Positions 43,139-46,757 of a stretch of DNA of 46,757 bases are shown piece after piece. Position 1 is the stretch's first letter, and every line of letters starts with the position of its first letter. Made by a program: the position numbers and the translations under genes. Below the pieces are notes generated by a model, which was given only the letters and a program-made list of their open reading frames with translations, was not told the origin of the DNA and did not search any database. Source of the DNA: Candidatus Limnocylindria bacterium. GTDB lineage: Bacteria > Chloroflexota > Limnocylindria > QHBO01. The stretch spans positions 1-46,757 of the forward strand of contig JBGQCU010000002.1 in assembly GCA_041495495.1 (NCBI GenBank), given 5' to 3'.

Positions 43139-45211
43139 ATGCGCCGAGCGCTGCACCGTCGCGCCGTCCTGGCCGCTCTTGCGGCGTTTGCACTGCTTGC
43201 CCTCGCCCCGGCGGCCCCGACCGGGCACGTGGCCCGGGCCGCGGACCGTGGCCTGGTCGTCGTCGCCCAGGCGCGGTACGAGGCCTTCCCCGACGCCCGC
43301 CACATCCACGTGACCGTCGACGCGGTTGCGACCTCGTACACGCCGAACCCGCCCGACGGACTCGCATACTATCCGGACGTCAGCTTCGCGGTGCAGCCCG
43401 GCGCGACCCACGTGGCCGCCACGTCGAGCGGGCAGCCGCTCCCGGTCGGCGTTGACCCCAGCGATCCCGACTTTCTGGGCGTGACGGTCACCTTCCCAGA
43501 CGGTGTCTACTTCCAGCAGAGCTACGCCTACCAGGTCACCTACGACCTGCCCGATCCGGGCGGCGCGCCGAACCGCAACCTGCGCATCAGCCCGAGCATC
43601 GTGGCGTTCCCGGTGTGGGCCTTCGGCACCAGTGGCGAGGTTGGTGGCAGCGTCACCGTCATCCTTCCCGCCGGGTTCCGGCCGAGCGTCGAGGGCGATC
43701 CGCTCGACGAGTCGACCGGGCCGGGGGGGAAGATTCTGCTGTCGACCACGACGCTCCCCGATCCCTTCAACTTCTTTTCCTACGTCTCGGCCGACCGGCC
43801 CGGGGCCTTCACCGACACGCTGCTGACGGTGACGGTCGGGACGAAGTCCGCCATGGTGAGGGTGCATTCCTGGCAGGACGACCCCGACTGGGGCACCACG
43901 ATGAGCGGCCTCATGGTGGATGGGCTGCCCGAGCTGCAGACCCTGATCGGCCTGCCGTATCCGGCGGCCGGCACGCTCGTCGTCGAGGAGGCGGCCACCA
44001 GCCGCCTCGGCGAGTACGCCGGCGTCTACAACAACCTGACAGGCGTGATCCGCGTTCGCTATGACGCCGACGCGTATGTCGGGCTGCACGAGGCCGCGCA
44101 CATTTGGTTCAACAGCAACCTCTTCCCCGATCGCTGGATCGGCGAGGCATACGCGGAGTTCTACGGCGTGCAGGCTGCCAAGGCGATCGGCGCCACCGGC
44201 CAGAGCTTCGACCTCACCGATGCGCTCCTCGCCAACAAGATCCCTCTCAACGACTGGGGCCAGATCGGCGCCGTTGACGCCGGCGTCGAGGAGTATGCCT
44301 ATGCGGCCACGTACCACCTGGCGCTGCTCATCTATGCCAGGACCGACATCGCCGGCCTGCAGGCCGTCTGGCGCGGCGCGAGCGGAGCGGAGATGGCGTA
44401 CCAGCCGGCGCACGGGAACGGGAAGCCCAAGACGGGTGTCGACTTCTCGCTGGGTGGCTGGCAGGAGCTGCTCGACCTGCTCGACCAGCGGGCGGGAGCC
44501 AACTTCGACGACCTGTGGAGCCAATGGGTGGTCAATGGCGACCAGCAGCTGCTGATGCAGAAGCGGTCCGCGGCCCGCGAGGACTATGCGTCGGCGGTCC
44601 AGACGGCCGGGCCCTGGAACCTTCCGTTCGACCTGCGCTATGCGATGGGCTCATGGCATTTCGACGTGGCCGAGGCAGACCTGACGCTGGCGGGGACGGT
44701 GCTTGCCGCGCGAGACCAGATCGAGTCGCAGTCTCTCCACCTCGGGCTTACCCCGCCCGCCGCGCTGCGGGACGCATTCGAAGGTGCCGACGGGCTGCCC
44801 GCGGCCAAGCAGGAGGCGGACCAGGAGCTCGACGTGCTGGCCGGCATCTCGAAGGCCGCCGACCGGCTGGCCGAGCAGGAGAGCATCCTCGAGACGATCG
44901 GCCTGCTCGGGTCGAATCCCGGGGCGAGCCTGGACGCGGCGCGGACCGCCTTCGAAGCCGATCGGCTGGCTGCAGCCGCGCGCGATGCCCAGGCGGCACT
45001 CGCCGTGCGGCTGGGTGCCGAGGAGACCGGCCAGACCCGGGTCCTGGTTACAGGCGGCGGGCTGCTGGGAGTGAGCGGAGGGGTCCTGATCGGCGTTCGG
45101 ATCAGGCGTCGGCGTCGTGCCGCAGCAGCCGCGGCCATGGACACCGCCCCACTCGACACTCCGGCCGAACCGACGGAACCGCCGACGTGGCCGATGGATC
45201 CGCCCGCGTGA
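43139..45211 (+). CDS. secreted, C-terminally membrane-anchored HExxH protein (putative MA-clan metallopeptidase)
   Basis: 690 aa. Signal peptide. VGLHEAAHIWFNSNLFPDRWIGEAYAEF (HExxH plus a downstream Glu). A helical region is followed by a TM helix (VLVTGGGLLGVSGGVLIGV), an RRRRR motif and a Pro-rich tail. Confidence 0.75.
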   Translation: MRRALHRRAVLAALAAFALLALAPAAPTGHVARAADRGLVVVAQARYEAFPDARHIHVTVDAVATSYTPNPPDGLAYYPDVSFAVQPGATHVAATSSGQPLPVGVDPSDPDFLGVTVTFPDGVYFQQSYAYQVTYDLPDPGGAPNRNLRISPSIVAFPVWAFGTSGEVGGSVTVILPAGFRPSVEGDPLDESTGPGGKILLSTTTLPDPFNFFSYVSADRPGAFTDTLLTVTVGTKSAMVRVHSWQDDPDWGTTMSGLMVDGLPELQTLIGLPYPAAGTLVVEEAATSRLGEYAGVYNNLTGVIRVRYDADAYVGLHEAAHIWFNSNLFPDRWIGEAYAEFYGVQAAKAIGATGQSFDLTDALLANKIPLNDWGQIGAVDAGVEEYAYAATYHLALLIYARTDIAGLQAVWRGASGAEMAYQPAHGNGKPKTGVDFSLGGWQELLDLLDQRAGANFDDLWSQWVVNGDQQLLMQKRSAAREDYASAVQTAGPWNLPFDLRYAMGSWHFDVAEADLTLAGTVLAARDQIESQSLHLGLTPPAALRDAFEGADGLPAAKQEADQELDVLAGISKAADRLAEQESILETIGLLGSNPGASLDAARTAFEADRLAAAARDAQAALAVRLGAEETGQTRVLVTGGGLLGVSGGVLIGVRIRRRRRAAAAAAMDTAPLDTPAEPTEPPTWPMDPPA

Positions 45212-45218
45212 TCGCCCG

Positions 45219-46529
45219 GTGAATCGCTCAATCCAGGCCGTCCTGTTCGGCACCTTCAGCCTCCGCTTCAGCACCGGGCTCACCGGCGGCCTCCTGGTCT
45301 TCTACCTGGCCGCTCTGCCGCAGTTCGGCGGCCCGCAGGTCACGAGCACGACGGTCGGCCTGCTCACGGCGGGCTATTACGCCGCCGAGCTCGTCCTGTC
45401 GCCGATGTTCGGGTACCTCTCCGACAGGTTCGGCGCGCATCGGGTCATGCAGGTCGGGCCGCTCTTCGGGCTCGTGGCTGCCCTCATCACGGCGTTCGCC
45501 GTCGACCTCTGGATCCTCGGCGGGACACGGATCCTGGAGGGCGGAGCCGCCGCCGCCTCGATCCCCTCGATCCTGGGCTACCTCGCGCTGGCGACCTCGG
45601 GCGACCAGGCCACGCGCGGCCGCGCCGTGGCGCGCTTCGAAGCGGCCACGCTCGCCGGCATCGGGCTCGGCATCGTCGCGGCCGGACCCATCTTCGACTG
45701 GCTCGGCCGGGGCGGCTTCCTGCTCAATGCCGGCATCTACATCGGGTCATTCGCGGTCTACCGCTGGGGCGTCGCGGAGATGCATCACGCGCCGACCGAG
45801 GCGGAGATCGCCGCCGGCGACCACCATCTGAGGCCGACGACGATGGACTTCGGGCGCTATCGGCGCATCCTCGCCTCATCCGGCGTGTGGCTCCTCGCCC
45901 CGACCTGGATCGCGCTCAACGCCGTGCTCGGCTCGTGGACCACGCAGTCGGTCTTCCAGCTCGTCCGCGAGCCCCCCGTCGGGTTCCGCGACCAGCTGAT
46001 GATGCAGGGGTTCACGCCCACCAGCGTCAGCATCGGATTCGCAGGCATCGGGCTGATCTTCACCGCCGGGTTGTGGTTCTGGGGCAACCGCTTCCGCGTC
46101 TTCCGCCGTACGACGATCATCGCCATCGGCCTGGGCGGAGCCCTCGTGATGCTGACCGCGGTCCTGGCGCTCAACCACTCGAGCGGCCTGCCGATCGTCG
46201 TCCAGGCGCCGCTCGGCGCGGTTGCCGCCGCTGGCCTCTTCGTCATGGCCGGGGCCACGCCCGCGGCGCTCGGCCTCCTCGCCGACATCAGCGAGGCGCA
46301 CCCTGCCGACCGCGGCGTGATCATGGGCCTCTACTCGGTCTTCCTTGGCCTCGGTCAGATCGTGGGCGCGGTCGCCAGCGGCTTCGCCGGCGACTGGGCA
46401 GGCATCGACGGCCTCCTCTACGCCTCGCTGCTGCTCATCGTGGTCGCGATCCTGCCGGTGCACCGGTTGCGCGCCTCCGAGCATCTCGTCGGGCAGCGCG
46501 CCGAAGGGCCAGGCGCGCCGGGGCCGTAA
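45219..46529 (+). CDS. MFS transporter
   Basis: Start GTG 45219, 7 nt after the previous stop. 12 or more hydrophobic segments. [12 protein letters not shown] is an MFS motif A-like loop. Confidence 0.85.
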   Translation: MNRSIQAVLFGTFSLRFSTGLTGGLLVFYLAALPQFGGPQVTSTTVGLLTAGYYAAELVLSPMFGYLSDRFGAHRVMQVGPLFGLVAALITAFAVDLWILGGTRILEGGAAAASIPSILGYLALATSGDQATRGRAVARFEAATLAGIGLGIVAAGPIFDWLGRGGFLLNAGIYIGSFAVYRWGVAEMHHAPTEAEIAAGDHHLRPTTMDFGRYRRILASSGVWLLAPTWIALNAVLGSWTTQSVFQLVREPPVGFRDQLMMQGFTPTSVSIGFAGIGLIFTAGLWFWGNRFRVFRRTTIIAIGLGGALVMLTAVLALNHSSGLPIVVQAPLGAVAAAGLFVMAGATPAALGLLADISEAHPADRGVIMGLYSVFLGLGQIVGAVASGFAGDWAGIDGLLYASLLLIVVAILPVHRLRASEHLVGQRAEGPGAPGP

Positions 46530-46582
46530 CGAGGACCTCCCGGGTCCGCGGCCCGTCATCGCTCCGCTATCCTTCACGCTCC

Positions 46583-46757
46583 ATGCGCCTCTCAAAGCTC
46601 TTCTTCACTTCGCTGCGCGACAACCCGGCCGAGGCCGAGATGGCCTCGCACCGCCTCCTGGTGCGGGCCGGCTACATCCGCCAGCTGGGGGCGGGAATCT
46701 ACTCGCTGCTGCCCCTCGGCTTCCGGGTCAGCCAGCGCATCGAGCAGGTGATCCGCG
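46583..46757 (+). CDS. proS: proline--tRNA ligase, N-terminal fragment (continues past the window)
   Basis: My own translation [49 protein letters not shown] is co-linear with the bacterial ProS N-terminus. Confidence 0.9.
   Translation, partial: MRLSKLFFTSLRDNPAEAEMASHRLLVRAGYIRQLGAGIYSLLPLGFRVSQRIEQVIR

Overview
This is a very GC-rich window (roughly 70 percent by eye, not computed) of densely packed bacterial chromosome. It looks like Actinomycetota or Chloroflexota, based on F420 enzymes, a CGNR regulator, DUF2277, a YciI plus ECF sigma pair, Pro/Thr linkers, and frequent GTG starts with 4-nt GTGA overlaps. I support about 50 protein genes. I found no rRNA, tRNA, CRISPR array, transposase or integrase. 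Content from left to right:

- **1-6956, minus strand:** a tightly coupled eight-gene unit. It runs from a minimal secretion-ATPase-like P-loop protein through an AAA+ ATPase, a vWA protein, an F420-dependent LLM oxidoreductase, two small unknown proteins and a flavin reductase to a partial unknown gene.
- **7110-11343:** a hypothetical gene plus a GNAT acetyltransferase, then an OmpR/HK two-component pair divergent from a secreted Ala-rich repeat protein.
- **11435-21268:** an F420 G6PDH-family enzyme, a cupin plus thiolase, an FAD oxidase plus a polyamine-type ABC importer that has no ATPase gene, and DUF2277, HAD, 3-hydroxyacyl-CoA dehydrogenase and crotonase genes.
- **21303-24898:** a CGNR regulator divergent from a small ORF plus a SnoaL-like gene, then a ferredoxin, EthD, MenB/BadI-like and crotonase operon.
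- **24967-34148:** adenosine deaminase, a DHDPS-family lyase, a four-subunit 2-oxoacid:ferredoxin oxidoreductase (delta-alpha-beta-gamma), a CapA-like lipoprotein divergent from a VanY-type peptidase, and an EamA transporter.
- **34292-46757:** YciI plus a long ECF sigma factor, a secreted metallophosphoesterase-FN3 protein, a lipoprotein, a DUF4153-like membrane protein, cyclophilin, a membrane transporter, ArsR plus thioredoxin, an HExxH membrane-anchored protein, an MFS transporter and the start of proS.

Many longest-ORF starts in the supplied track are over-extended, and I re-set them from start/stop overlaps and homology. The most interesting candidates are:

- the secretion-ATPase-like/AAA+/vWA triad;
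- the palindrome-flanked promoter next to the CGNR gene;
- the ferredoxin-EthD-crotonase operon with a zinc-ribbon fusion;
- the extended OFOR beta subunit;
- a duplicated sigma-gene 3' motif bracketing the phosphoesterase gene;
- two small ORFs, one of which is missing from the track.

All family assignments come from motif recognition by eye and need HMM or BLAST confirmation.
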